A DNA stretch of 64,000 nt from assembly GCA_951406725.2 (NCBI GenBank), contig OX597830.1, forward strand, positions 40,672,001-40,736,000, given 5' to 3'. How positions within the stretch are numbered: the stretch's first letter is position 1; the number at the start of each line of letters is the position of its first letter. Below, piece after piece: positions 27,314-39,442 of this stretch. The notes beneath the pieces were generated by a model, which saw only the letters and a program-made list of their open reading frames with translations, did not search any database and was not told where the DNA came from. The stretch comes from Octopus vulgaris. Lineage: Eukaryota. A program made the position numbers and the translations under genes.

Positions 27314-28543
27314 CTGCAAAATTAAAACAAAAAAAAAGAAAAAAATGAGGAAATAAATAAGAAATTCATATTTAGGAGAAAAAAATGAATTTTCATATTA
27401 ATTGATATATCTGACACAAAAAAATAAATAAAATTTAAAAAAAAACATGCACAAAAAGAATATGAAATTTAAGATATTAATGAGAAAAAAAAAGAAAATA
27501 ATTACAGTATTTCTAACTAGAGATTTGTCATTCTTTTCTCTTTTTCCTTTTTGTTAATTTTAAGAAATAATTTAAAATTAATTCTAGAAATTGTTCAAAA
27601 TAATTTATTGTCAATTGAAAGCATTCAACTGCTTCTTGCTTTCTTATATTTCCTTTGCTTTTGAGGATTTTTTCCTTAGGTCCTTAACCCATCTACAAGT
27701 ACATGTATATAGAGAATAATTCAAAATGTCTTTTTTTTTTCAACCTTAATTTGAAAATAATAGAAACAAAATAGTTTTCCTCTGAGATTTCTTTTAAATG
27801 AAATTTGAGAAAGAATTAAAAATTAATTCCATTTAATTGTTCAAAATAATTTATTATAAATTGAAAGAAAGTATCCCTATTTTAAATGAACATTGCTTCT
27901 TCAATTAATTTCCTATTTTTAGGTCTTGTAAGCTTTTCAGTACAATGCCTAAAATTCTGAGGAAGAGTCTAGTGAATTACATAGCCCCCCAGAGCTCAAC
28001 TTATTTCACTGAACCCCCCCCCCCAAAAAAAAAATGTAAAGCAAAGTTGACCTCTGCAGAATTTGAACTCACAACATAAAGATGTATCAAATGTCACTAA
28101 GCATTTTGTCTGCAGCTAATGATTCTGCCACCTCACCATCCTCACAGGTACATACATGTATAGCACCAGAAAAAAACATTCTTTTTTTTTACCCTGACCC
28201 CACCCATGTATGCATGTATGTCACATGGTCGGGCCACTGGCAACTAAATCAAGAATATTACCAAGCCTTTCATAAGGAGGGTGATTTTCATTGGAAACCC
28301 TGCAGGATGAAAAACAAGACCTGTCAAAAAACAGAAGAACTTAGTAGGATCAACAGCCATTCAAAAGATGGGAGTGAGAGATTCCTGGTCTTTGTTTAGA
28401 CTTCTCCCAAGGAGAAGGGAAATGCTGATGTAACACCTATAATTTCCTCTGCATCCAATGAAAACTAATTCTTCTTTTGAGGTAAATGCAGACATTAAAA
28501 TTTAAAAAGTGTCTTATATGCTGGAATATACAGTATATATTAT

Positions 28544-28738
28544 GCTGTTCTATAGCTTAGAGATGAGGAATTCCATCCATTATTTACATTATTCTACAAA
28601 ATTCCACCTGGACAGGTGATGAAGGCTGGCAAGTAAATCAGCTGAAATGTTGTTAATGACAAACAAGATGAGGACACATATCCGAAAAAATGTAAATAAT
28701 ATACAGAATTTCTCATCTCTAAAATATAGAGCAGTATT
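28544..28738. mobile_element. Older family H1 Penelope-like unit with inverted ends and a decayed hammerhead (28611-28654 +)
   Basis: gctgttctata..agagatgaggaattc at the left is the inverse of gaatttctcatctct..tatagagcag at the right. The interior reads gtgatga-a-ggctg..cagct-gaaatgtt and shares acaaacaagatgaggac with 49790-49810. Confidence 0.6.
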
Positions 28739-28780
28739 ATCTAATCGGTATGGAGCCAGCATTAGACTTCAATGTGAATA

Positions 28781-28822
<42 letters not shown>

Positions 28823-28823
<1 letters not shown>

Positions 28824-29040
28824 TGTTTTGCGTAGGATGTGTGCAGTGCCAAGTAGTGCAAATATATATAACATACAGAAAATTGCACTACTTGGCACAG
28901 TGCACACATGCTACGCATAACACTCTCAATACAGTAACCATAAGACCATCAAACCAAACCACAGAACATACCCAAGGCACACAGAGCTGTGCTCAGTAGT
29001 GAACTGAAAGCACGTTATAAAAATAAAAGTACTGAACAAC
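28823..29040 (+). mobile_element. Extremely 5'-truncated RLE-LINE 3' end inserted in (TAA)n, with a fold-back 5' arm
   Basis: QKIALLGT.. at about 28875. The arm 28823-28861 is the inverse of 28883-28923 and reads IALLGTAHILRKT on the minus strand. (TAA)n lies on both sides. Confidence 0.75.
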
Positions 29041-29055
29041 AACAACAACAACAAC

Positions 29056-29123
<68 letters not shown>

Positions 29124-29195
29124 TGATGATAATGATGATGATGACGATGATGTTGATAATAATAACAACAACAACAACAGCAGCAGCAGCAAAAA

Positions 29196-29304
29196 ATACC
29201 TTAGGAATGAGAACCCAGAGTTGGGTTCAAAATTCCACCAGTAATGACAAACAAGATGAGGACACATATCCGTCCAATGTAAATTATGTAAATAATGTAA
29301 ATAT
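29196..29304 (+). mobile_element. Family H1 fragment lacking the hammerhead segment
   Basis: It shares ttaggaatgagaaccca (cf. 49706) and gacaaacaagatgaggacacatatccgtc-aatgtaaa with the other H1 copies. Confidence 0.6.
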
Positions 29305-29630
29305 TATTATGTAAACCTACTGCTTCTTTACCTCCCTCTACTAACTACTTGTCACATTTAGCCTTCTACTTTAACCTTTAGCAAGCTGAAGGTGAATCTT
29401 GTTTAAAGAGTAGTATTGGCTATGTACAAGGCTTTTCCTCACTTAAAAATTTCCAGGTACATGTGTATATATATATATATATTATTATTATATGTAGAAA
29501 AATACAAACTGGGACAAGAACATATATATATAGTTAATCCAAACATGAAAACACAAAGAGAAAACACAACAACGCGAGAACGTGGAACAAATATAGTATT
29601 ATTGGATGCTCAGGAAGGAAGGGAAGGAGG

Positions 29631-29665
29631 GTTTAACGTTTCGAGTGGAGCTCTTCATCGGAAAC
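29631..29665 (-). ncRNA. Minimal hammerhead motif (family H4), CCGAUGA core variant
   Basis: The minus strand reads GUUU-CCGAUGA-A-GAG(cucca)CUC-GAAA-CG-UU-AAAC, with a perfect stem I and an ACGU stem III. It sits inside an element of about 250 bp (29480-29727) bounded by (TA)n. Confidence 0.65.
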
Positions 29666-31695
29666 ATAGGAGAAGGGAAGACAGAGGAAAAAAAATCGCT
29701 TACGGTACACACGCGGTCACATTTTGAATATATATATACGTACTTCTATACTCATGACATCATAAATAACAGCATTGGAAAATAAATGAGCTGAAACCTG
29801 TATTTAATAAATACACTGGTATAACATGCATTCCCTATGTCTGATATGCAATTGTTATGACATATCTATTGTCCAGCTACACTCTGATCACAGTTCCTTT
29901 ATCGAAAGTAATATATAATATCAATAGTCAATATAACATGCATTCCCCCCACATATGATATAAATATATGTCTTACAATATAAAGCAGTTATGTTGAGAC
30001 ATACTTGCATCACAACATAGAAATTTTATCCAATATGCATCCACTGCATATAATTCTTATGGTTAATATAAATGAGTTTCCATATAAAATATATTACAAT
30101 TTTCTTGTACAAACATATATATATATTTGCAATAAACCTATATAATATACTTGTCAAATTTTCACATATTTATTGTGCAGTGCATCATATATTACTGAAC
30201 ATAATTTAGACTTTCTTTCATTCTTTCATTGAGTCTCCTTTTGTGAGCATAATTGAAATGACATGTCCTTGATGGGATTTTCTTTTTTTTTACTCTAATA
30301 AACAGTTTCATGCTTAATTCAGCAGATCTATTATCACATTTTTTTTGTGGAGGATCTGTTTCCAATCAGATTTTACTTCATAATTCCTCATTCAGATTAT
30401 TTCTTCTTCAAGTACATAGCCACCATCACCATCACCACCACCACTATTACTACTTCCAACAACAACAACAACAACAACAACAGCAAGCACACAAAAAAAA
30501 CCTTAATGAAATTCAGCCACCCAGGGTTTCCTGGCTGGATTATTGATTTTATCTTGCTGTTTTTTCATGTCGCTTTCACCAGGTTTTTCATGTGCTTCTT
30601 ATTAATAAGAATATCTTTATTCTCAAAAGAGATCAAGTGCACTACTACGTGTTGGACATCATACTACACAGATTTATATATGTGTTTGTGTGTCTGTATG
30701 TGTATATATATATATATATATATATAATTACAGTCAAGTTTATTACAGAAAACAAAGATAATAAACATGGTTGTATGTTTGCATCCCTAAAAGGAGGTGA
30801 ACTTGTGACCCTCTTCATTAGTTCTGCATTATGTAAACAATTAGCAGAGTAGAAAAGAAAAGAATGAATAAATAAATGTATATATATATATATATGTATC
30901 ATGTATGCATGCATAGATTGTTTGAAGTGGTGCCCAGATTTTATCATCATCATCATCTTTTAACGTCTGTTGTCCATGCTGGCATGGGTGGAACGGTTTG
31001 ACCAGAGCTGGCAAGCCACAGAGCTAACGGGAGGTAGTCAGAATTTTGGATAAAATTTTATCCCAAATCCTCCTTTTTCTTAATGTGTGTGTGTGTGTGT
31101 GGTCTGATCAATAAGTATCTGGGCCGTTGCCATAGTAACATAGCTAAAGCACACAGAATGAAGCCACTTGGCACAGATTGACCATGCTGGGCATGTGCAC
31201 TAAGTTTTAACACTCTAGCTCACATCAGCTATTTACAGTTGGTATTGAAAGGGTTAAGTTAAAAAAAAAAACTACAAAACCTAGACTTTGCAATATCATA
31301 CGATAACAGAGAGGATACCAAAATTTGACTTGTGCATATTAATTTCCATTATATCTTTTATATTGTATCAGAATTCCATGAATTTATTTGTTAAGTTAAG
31401 GAAGTTATTAAGAACTGAAATCCGTCAGTGACTTTCGGGACACCCTGTACGTATATGCATGAGCACATGCAAACATATGAATGCAAAGCACATGTTATAT
31501 AGATATGGAATGATAAAACATAAACATGGATTGATATGTATATGGAAATAATAGGATGTACTGAGTATGGATATAAAGGATATAGATTACAACTTGGAAC
31601 AGATATAAAGATAAATATAAATAAAAAACAACAAAACATGGGTACGAATATGATGGGGAATACTTGTAATTTAATATACGTGTAGATATATGCAT

Positions 31696-31737
<42 letters not shown>

Positions 31738-31899
31738 GGGTAAAAATGTATATGTAAGTGTGTGTGTATGTTTACATACACTACTTTGCAATGTGCCAAA
31801 TTATAAGTTACATATGCTTGTTAAGCTTGTTTATGCTTGTATGTGAGAGCCCCATATACAAACATTCATGAAATAATAATAATAAAAATAATAATAATG

Positions 31900-31975
<76 letters not shown>

Positions 31976-32308
31976 TAATAATAACAATGATAATGATATG
32001 TTTGTATATGTATACATACATGCAGGCAATGTTACATGTTGTTATCTATTTCTATCAAATATATATATATATAATGTAAGTATATGCATATATATATATA
32101 TGTATGAGTATATATATATATATATATATATATATGAATGTATATAAATGTATATATGAATGTGAATGTGTCTGTGTATACTTGTATGCAGCGATTTCAT
32201 TGGCAGTGAGTAAATTGAAACTTGTGTTAACATACAACATCTTTAAAACTTTAGTGGGAAACAAAATTATTCCTCTAAAAGTTTGGTGTTTTTGCATTAA
32301 TAATGTTT

Positions 32309-32351
<43 letters not shown>

Positions 32352-32639
32352 CTCCTGTGGAGAAGGCTCATCAAGCCAAGTGAAATCAGTCATGGCAATC
32401 ATGTAAACTGACACCCATGCTGGTGGCACGTAAAACCACCCATTACACTCTTGGAGTGGCTGGCATTAGGAAGGGCATCCAGCCATAGAAACCATGCCAA
32501 AATTAGACTAGAATCTGGTGCAGTTCCTCAGCGTACCAACCCTGGTCAAACTGTTCAACCCATGCCAGCATGGGCAACAGACGTTAAATGATGATGATGA
32601 TAATGATACACACACACACATATAAAATTCACAGAGACC

Positions 32640-33180
32640 GTCATAGTCCAGTTGATCTGTGATGGAGTAGATCTGGATGAGATGCAGTTTAGCTTTGTTT
32701 CCAGTAGAGGTACCACAGATGCAGTCTTCCTCATGAGGCAACTGCAGGAGAAATACCTGGCTATGAATAAACCACTTTTGCTAGCTTTCATTGGTTTGGA
32801 GAAAGCATTCAACAGGGTACCATGTTCAGTAATTGGGTGGACTCTGAAGAAACTAGATGTAGATGAATGACTTGTGTAGGTGGTTCAAACTCTGTACTGG
32901 AAGTAAAGTGACTTCAGTGACACATTTAGTGTGAAAGTAGAACTAATTCAGGAATCAGTCTTCGGTCCTTTCTTATTCGTCATAGTCCTCCAAGCCATCA
33001 CCAAGGAGTTTAAGACTGGCTATCAATAGGAACTCTTGTATGTTGATGATCTAGTTCTCATAGCTGAATCTCTCTAAGAAAATTAGAAGAGAAATTCCAA
33101 CCATGGAAGTTAAACCAGGAATTGAGAGGTCATAGAAAAAAAAATAGCAAAGATAAAACTTTTGGTAATTAGGAAAGAAT
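32640..33180 (+). pseudogene. RTE-clade LINE reverse transcriptase fragment
   Basis: LDEMQFSFVSSRGTTDAVFLMRQLQEKYL..AFIGLEKAFNRVP..SVFGPFLF..LLYVDDLVL with stops. Confidence 0.9.
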
Positions 33181-33304
33181 TTAAGCCCTGGTAACATGTC
33201 TCAAGGAACCCCTGTACACAAAAAATAGTATACCATATGTTTCTCATATTTTTTCATCGTAGTTCACATGGTAAATAGCATATATATAAATACATATATA
33301 CATA

Positions 33305-33407
33305 TGCCTTGGTGAGGCCTAATGTTTGAAGGTTGTGCTTCACCACCTCATCCCAGGTCTTCCCAGGCCTACCCCTTCCACAGGTTCCCTCAATTGCTAG
33401 GGTGTAA

Positions 33408-33487
<80 letters not shown>

Positions 33488-33522
33488 TCATCATCAAACG
33501 ATGATGATGATGATGATGATGA

Positions 33523-33594
<72 letters not shown>

Positions 33595-33697
33595 TTACAC
33601 CCTAGCAATTGAGGGAACCTGTGGAAGGGGTAGGCCTGGGAAGACCTGGGATGAGGTAGTGAAGCACAACCTTCAAACATTAGGCCTCACCAAGGCA
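33305..33697. repeat. Palindrome of about 390 bp: RTE sequence-(TA)n-(CAT)n | (GAT)n-(TA)n-RTE sequence
   Basis: The outer arms (about 105 bp) are identical except for one substitution. The centre is catcatc-aaac-gatgatg. Confidence 0.95.
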
Positions 33698-34357
33698 ATG
33701 ACTAGTGAGCAAGACCTTTGGAAATATGCTGTGCTTGAGAAGACCCGGTAAGCCAAGTGATACCATAACCCATGGCCTATACCAGTGGTGTAACAAGCCC
33801 ACTTATGCATACCTTTCTTTCATTGGATACTAAACTCTGCTTGCGAAGATCTGTTAAGGCAAGTAAAATTGAAATCAAATTCGCTGACATGGCCGATGAC
33901 AGCACTGCCCGACTGGCATCCATGCTAGTGGAACGTTAAGAGCACCATCCAGGCATGATCGTTGCCAGGGCCTCTGACTGGCTCCCATGCCAGTGGCATG
34001 TAAAAAGCACCATTTGAGCATGATCGTTACTAGATTTGCTTTACTGGCATGTGAGAAACAACATTCGAGTGAGGTCATTGCCAGTGCTGCAGGACTGGCT
34101 TTTGTGCAGGTGGCACGTAAAATACACCATTTGAGCATGATCATTGCCAGTGCCGCCTGACTGGCCCTCGTGCCGGTAGCACATAAAAAACACCTACTAC
34201 ACTCTCGAAGTGGTTGGTGTTAGGAAGGGCATCCAGCTGTAGAAACTCTGCCAGATCAGATTGGAGCTTGGTGCAGTCATCTGGCTTGCCAGTCCTCAGT
34301 CAAACCGTCCAACCCATGCCAGCATGGAAAGCAGACATTAAACGATGATAATGATGA
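33590..34357 (+). mobile_element. RTE LINE 3' end: ORF tail, 3'UTR with roughly 55-bp internal repeats, (GAT)n tail
   Basis: [26 protein letters not shown] is followed by a repeat-bearing UTR ending ccatgccagcatggaaagcagacattaaacgatgat. Confidence 0.85.
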
Positions 34358-34671
34358 AATATAGGGTGTCCATAAATTACAGATATCACTAGATATATCC
34401 CCAATGCTTGTTATGTTTTTTGATAACATAAAAGGTTAGATAGGATGATGTCTATATATCAATAACCAATAATACGTTGTACATGTATAGTAATATTAGA
34501 ATCATGAAATTAGCATTAGCTTATCTCACTCTTTCTTGTGGAACCCCTAAAAACCTTTTGTGGAATCCTAGGGTTCCGGAGAACCCCAATTGAGAAACGC
34601 TACCCTACACACACACATATACACACACGCATACACATCTAACAAGGATAAAATTACATCATTAATGTTAC

Positions 34672-35162
34672 TTTCAAATTTTGACACAAAGCCAGCAATT
34701 TCAGAGGAAAGATTAAGTTGATTACATTGACCCCAGTGCTCAAGTGTACATATTTTATCAACCCCAAAAGGCGGAAAGGCAAAGTTAACCTCGGCAGAAT
34801 TTGAACTCAGAACATCAAGACAGACGAAATGCCTCTAAGCATTTTGGCTGACATGTTACTGATTCTACCACGTTGATGTATCATTCCCATTGTTAATGTT
34901 AACAGCAAAACCAGGTGGGCAGTTGGCTACTCTGACACTAATAATCCTTTCTACTATAGGTACAAGGCTTGAAATTTGGAGGAAGAGGACTAGTCAATTA
35001 CATCGACCCCCAGCACTCAACTGTTACTTAATTGATCAGCCCCGAAAGGAAGAAAGGCAAAATTGACCTCGGTGAAATTTGAACTCAAAACGTAAGGACA
35101 GACGAAATGCTGCTAAGCATTTTGCCTGGTGTGCAAACAACTGTGCCATCTTGTCACCTTAA
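34672..35162 (-). mobile_element. Two SINE family B copies
   Basis: Family motifs at about 34672-34875 and 34942-35162. Confidence 0.8.
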
Positions 35163-35369
35163 CTCATATCATTAATGTCGACAAGTCAGTAGTTGGCTGC
35201 TCTGACACTAATAACGAATTCACATCATTAGGTACTTAGCTGCTGATCAACTCAGATCATTTAGTCAACTAGAAGAGTCTTTTCTACAAAAACGGTTACA
35301 ACCATCAATTTGCATCACACACACACACCACTGTATTATGCTGCTTTCTGATGGTATAAGTGTTTAAAA

Positions 35370-35850
35370 TATTCAAGGTCACTGGTTAATTGTTCCAGTT
35401 TAAACATATTGATTTCACTTTATAAAGGGGTTGCATGTTTCTGACAAAATTATAGGCCATCGTATTCATAAAAACAAGTCGAAAGGCATGTACGCCTATC
35501 TAGATGATATCACTATATGTAGTCACACCATTGATGAACATAATAAAAATGCATATAAATTCCTACTTCCAGTATGACACAGAATAATAACAAGCATAAA
35601 TTTTCAGCTAAATCTATCTGTATTCTGGATTATCAAATTAGCCTAACAAATTGCACTTTGATCCATTGCATTTAACTCCAGTTAAAGAAATATCTGTGCC
35701 TACTAATAAACAATCCTTATACTGCATAACGGGTCTGTTTGCCTATTTATGCAATGGCTTCCTCACTTCTCTCAACGAAGAAGACCTCTAATCAATGCTC
35801 AATTTCCACTGTTAGATGAAACTGTAATGGCAATTTGGCGAACTTAGAAA
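35370..35850 (+). pseudogene. Ty3/Gypsy LTR-retrotransposon RT relic
   Basis: KGMYAYLDDITICSHTIDEHNKN (YLDD at 35497-35508), then ..KSICILDYQI..DP..PTNKQSL..GLFAY..WLPHFS with frameshifts. Confidence 0.8.
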
Positions 35851-36409
35851 CAGCTCTTAACCCTTTTTACTGCAGAATGTGTGTAAAGCAGTTTTGTATA
35901 TGAATCTGTCTTCTGTTGAGGAATGTCGTGTTTGAAACTGGTTTCTGAAATACATCAAGTTTACTTATGTGATGTGACTTAGAGAAAATAACTATTCTAT
36001 TTTTAGTAGCAATTTAACAGCATAACTGGAATAACCTTGAAATTTAATTTTACAGTGAAAGGTTTGAGGAGAAGGCTAAAATAGGTGTGCATATATAAAC
36101 ACACACACACATGCATGCATTCACACATATATAAATATACATATGGAAAGAAGAGGTGTATTCCCATGCAGAAAATATATAGAACTTGTTTTGGGATTTG
36201 AAAATGCACCTGCATCTAAAAAATGTGTAGCCATTTTTAAATAGATTTATTCACTTTTGACAATTTTTTTCCTCCTCCTCCTCATCATCATCATCTACTA
36301 CTACTACTAACATCTACCTTCCATGCTAGCATGGGTAGGACAGTTTGACAGGAGCCAGCCCAGGCAAACCCTGCATGAGACTTCTGTGACTGTTTTGGTG
36401 CCCTTTCTA

Positions 36410-36545
36410 AGGAAGTCAGGAGTAGAGGAGTGGCTTGTTAGACCTGTACAGAGGTGCTGTCAGTAAGGTGAGAGTTGGCCATGAATATAGTGATGAATTT
36501 AACATACAGGTAGGCATTCACCAAAACTCAGTTCTCGGCCCAAGT
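36410..36545 (+). pseudogene. RTE RT fragment
   Basis: LYRGAVSKVRVGHEYSDEFNIQVGIHQNSVLGP. Confidence 0.75.
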
Positions 36546-36677
36546 AAGGGAAATACTCACCATAATCTTGGACAATCAACACTACGAAAAAATTCAAACA
36601 ATGCTGAGAGGAGAGGATAAGATCAGCACAAATAAAAAAGTAGATTTTGTCTTACATCAAACTAAGAAAAATCTCAT

Positions 36678-37076
36678 TTAACCCTTTCGATACCAACCTG
36701 GCTGAAACCGTCTCTGGCTCTGTAGTACAAACAGCTTCCTTTCATAAGTTTCTAATTAAAATCTTCCACCAAACCTTAGTCACAATTTATGTTCCTAACA
36801 CTAGCTTAATGATAACTAAATTATTTTACTAAATTCCTCTGTTATATTTAATCCTTTCGATACCAACCCAGCTGAAACTGCTTCTGGCTCCGTAGCACAA
36901 ATGTCTTGTTTTCATAAGTTTTGAATTAAAATCTCCAACCAAACCTCATCACAATTTATGTTCTTAACACTAACTTAATGATAATTATATTATTTTACTA
37001 AATTCTTTGTTATATTTAAAATTAATCGAAAGAAACACAGAACATCTCAACAGAAATATGGTAACAAAAGGATTAA
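36678..37076. mobile_element. piggyBac-like MITE with an internal tandem duplication of about 170 bp
   Basis: ttaaccctttcgatacc ... ggtaacaaaaggattaa. The segment 36678-36848 is repeated at 36848-37018. Confidence 0.75.
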
Positions 37077-37541
37077 GAGTAGACAACAGCAACAAAAATG
37101 CTGTTCCAAACACCATCACAAAGAAAATACTAAGTACTATCAAAGTACATTTGGCAAAATGAAGATAAATGTTAGTCTACTGACATCACTTGGTCTATTT
37201 TGAATAAAGTCATATTACCTAATATTACCCAATAACAGTTGAAGACAATGCAGTTTATGTTTATCTGAAAACTATATCATAAAGCACTCTTTAAGGAACA
37301 GAAAAACAGAACTAATGTCAACTTGCACCGATGCTATGAAATATTTGCTAACCCTTTGAAGGGCAGCAGACAGAGAACTTGTAGTGATGTATATCATTTG
37401 ATATATATTTTCAGTCTTCTCTTTTGCTTTCTTAACTACTATCAATGTCTGTTGATGATCACTGCTCCTAACTTTCTGAATACTAGCATAACTTTATGCA
37501 CTATACACACATTCAAACTAACATACACGTATGTGTGCACG

Positions 37542-37595
<54 letters not shown>

Positions 37596-37839
37596 TGAAC
37601 ACACACACACAATGAGAGGGTGTCGGAGAAAGAAGAAGAGAGAGAAAGAGAGAATATAGTTACTTCTGCAATACAGGGAAGTTGATTTTCTCTTTAAATT
37701 AACTGCAGTGAAAGATCATTCATATCTGAACGTTGCTACACACTCCAAGAGACATGAGCAGCATAAAGAATATTTTATGTTTCCAATTTAATTTCTGCAA
37801 TATAAATTCTTCCGCTGGAAACTCTAATAAAGTCAGTCT

Positions 37840-38935
37840 ATGCACACCACCATCCATCGACACTGCCATCCATCTACCCTGGCATCAATCTACACTATTA
37901 TCAGTCAAAAAACCACTGTCAATCTACGTTGCCATCAGTCTACATCACCATCAGTCTCAGCCACTAGAAAATTTACACTGTCATCAAATCTTTACTGCCA
38001 TCACTCTACACCACCATCAATAAGCACCACCTTCAATCTACTTTGTTATCAGTCTATACTTCCATCAATCTACAATACTATCAAGCTGCATTACCATCAA
38101 TCTAAACCACCACCAATCTACACTTCCATCAATCTAAAGAACCATCAATCTACACCACCATCAATCTGAACCACCATCAATCTACATTTCCATCAATCTA
38201 CACTTTCATCAATCTACACTTCCATCCATCTAAACCACCATCAATCTACACTTCCATCAATCTACATGTCCATCAATCTACATGCCTATCAATCTACACT
38301 TCCATCAATCTACACTTCCATCAATCTACACCAACATCAATCTACACCACCATCAATCTACATGTCTATCAATCTACACACCCATCAATCTACACCACCA
38401 TCAATCTACACTTCCATCAATCTAAACCACCATCAATCTACACTTCCATCAATCTACATGTCCATCAATCTACATGCCTATCAATCTACACTTCCATCAA
38501 TCTACACTTCCATCAATCTACACTTCCATCAATCTACACTTTCATCAATCTACACTTCCATCAATCTAAACCACCATCAATCTACACCACCATCAATCTA
38601 CACCACCATCAATCTACACCACCATCAATCTACATGTCTATCAATCTACACACCCATCAATCTACACCACCATCAATCTACACTTCCATCAATCTACACC
38701 ACCATCAATCTACACATCCATCAATCTACATGTCTATCAATCTACACTTCCATCAATCTACACCACCATCAATCTACACTTCCATCAAGCTACACCACCA
38801 TCAATCTACACCACCATCAATCTACACCACCATCAATCTACACCACCATCAATCTACATGTTCATCAATCTACACTTCCATCAATCTACACTTCCATCAA
38901 TCTACACCACTATCAATCTACACCACCATCAATCT
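37840..38935. repeat. 16-bp minisatellite (ccatcaatctacacyw)n, about 1.1 kb
   Basis: Direct reading; it explains the ORFs at 37840, 38266 and 38634. Confidence 0.95.
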
Positions 38936-39224
38936 TCCAGCAATGAAAATGGGTGCAAAAAAATGGAATAAAATAAGAATGACATTTAATTTCAACAATA
39001 GAAATAGTGATGAGTATCATACAGAAAGATGTAAGCTTGTGATACACTAGTTTCAATTCCCAGGTTTACCTTACTCACTGTGACACTTTGGGTAAGGGGC
39101 TACTACTTTAACACCACACCAACACTTTAATGCTCTTAAACAAAGGTGTTGCATCCATTTTGTTCTGGAAACAAAAATTCTATAAATTTCATTTAAAAAA
39201 CATGGAAACTTTACATTTTAAAAT

Positions 39225-39442
39225 ATTCTTTTCTACTCTAAGCACAAAGCCCAAAATTTGGGTGGTAGAGGCAGTCAATTAGATCAACCCCAGTATGCAA
39301 CTGGTACTTAATTTATTGACCCCCAAAAGGATGAAAGGCAAAGTCAACCTTGGCAGAAATTGAACTCAGGATGTAAAAACAGACGAAATACTGCTAAGAA
39401 TTTCACCCGGCGTACTAACGCTTCTGCCAGCTCATCGCCTTT
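39225..39442 (-). mobile_element. SINE family B
   Basis: Family motifs. Confidence 0.8.

Noticed and set aside
33900-34200. Repeat-spacer-like ~55-bp units (also at 13.2, 51.7, 53.3 and 60.3 kb) resembling a CRISPR array
   Set aside because: The intervening segments are homologous to each other, the arrays sit in an RTE 3'UTR, the context is eukaryotic and there are no cas genes.
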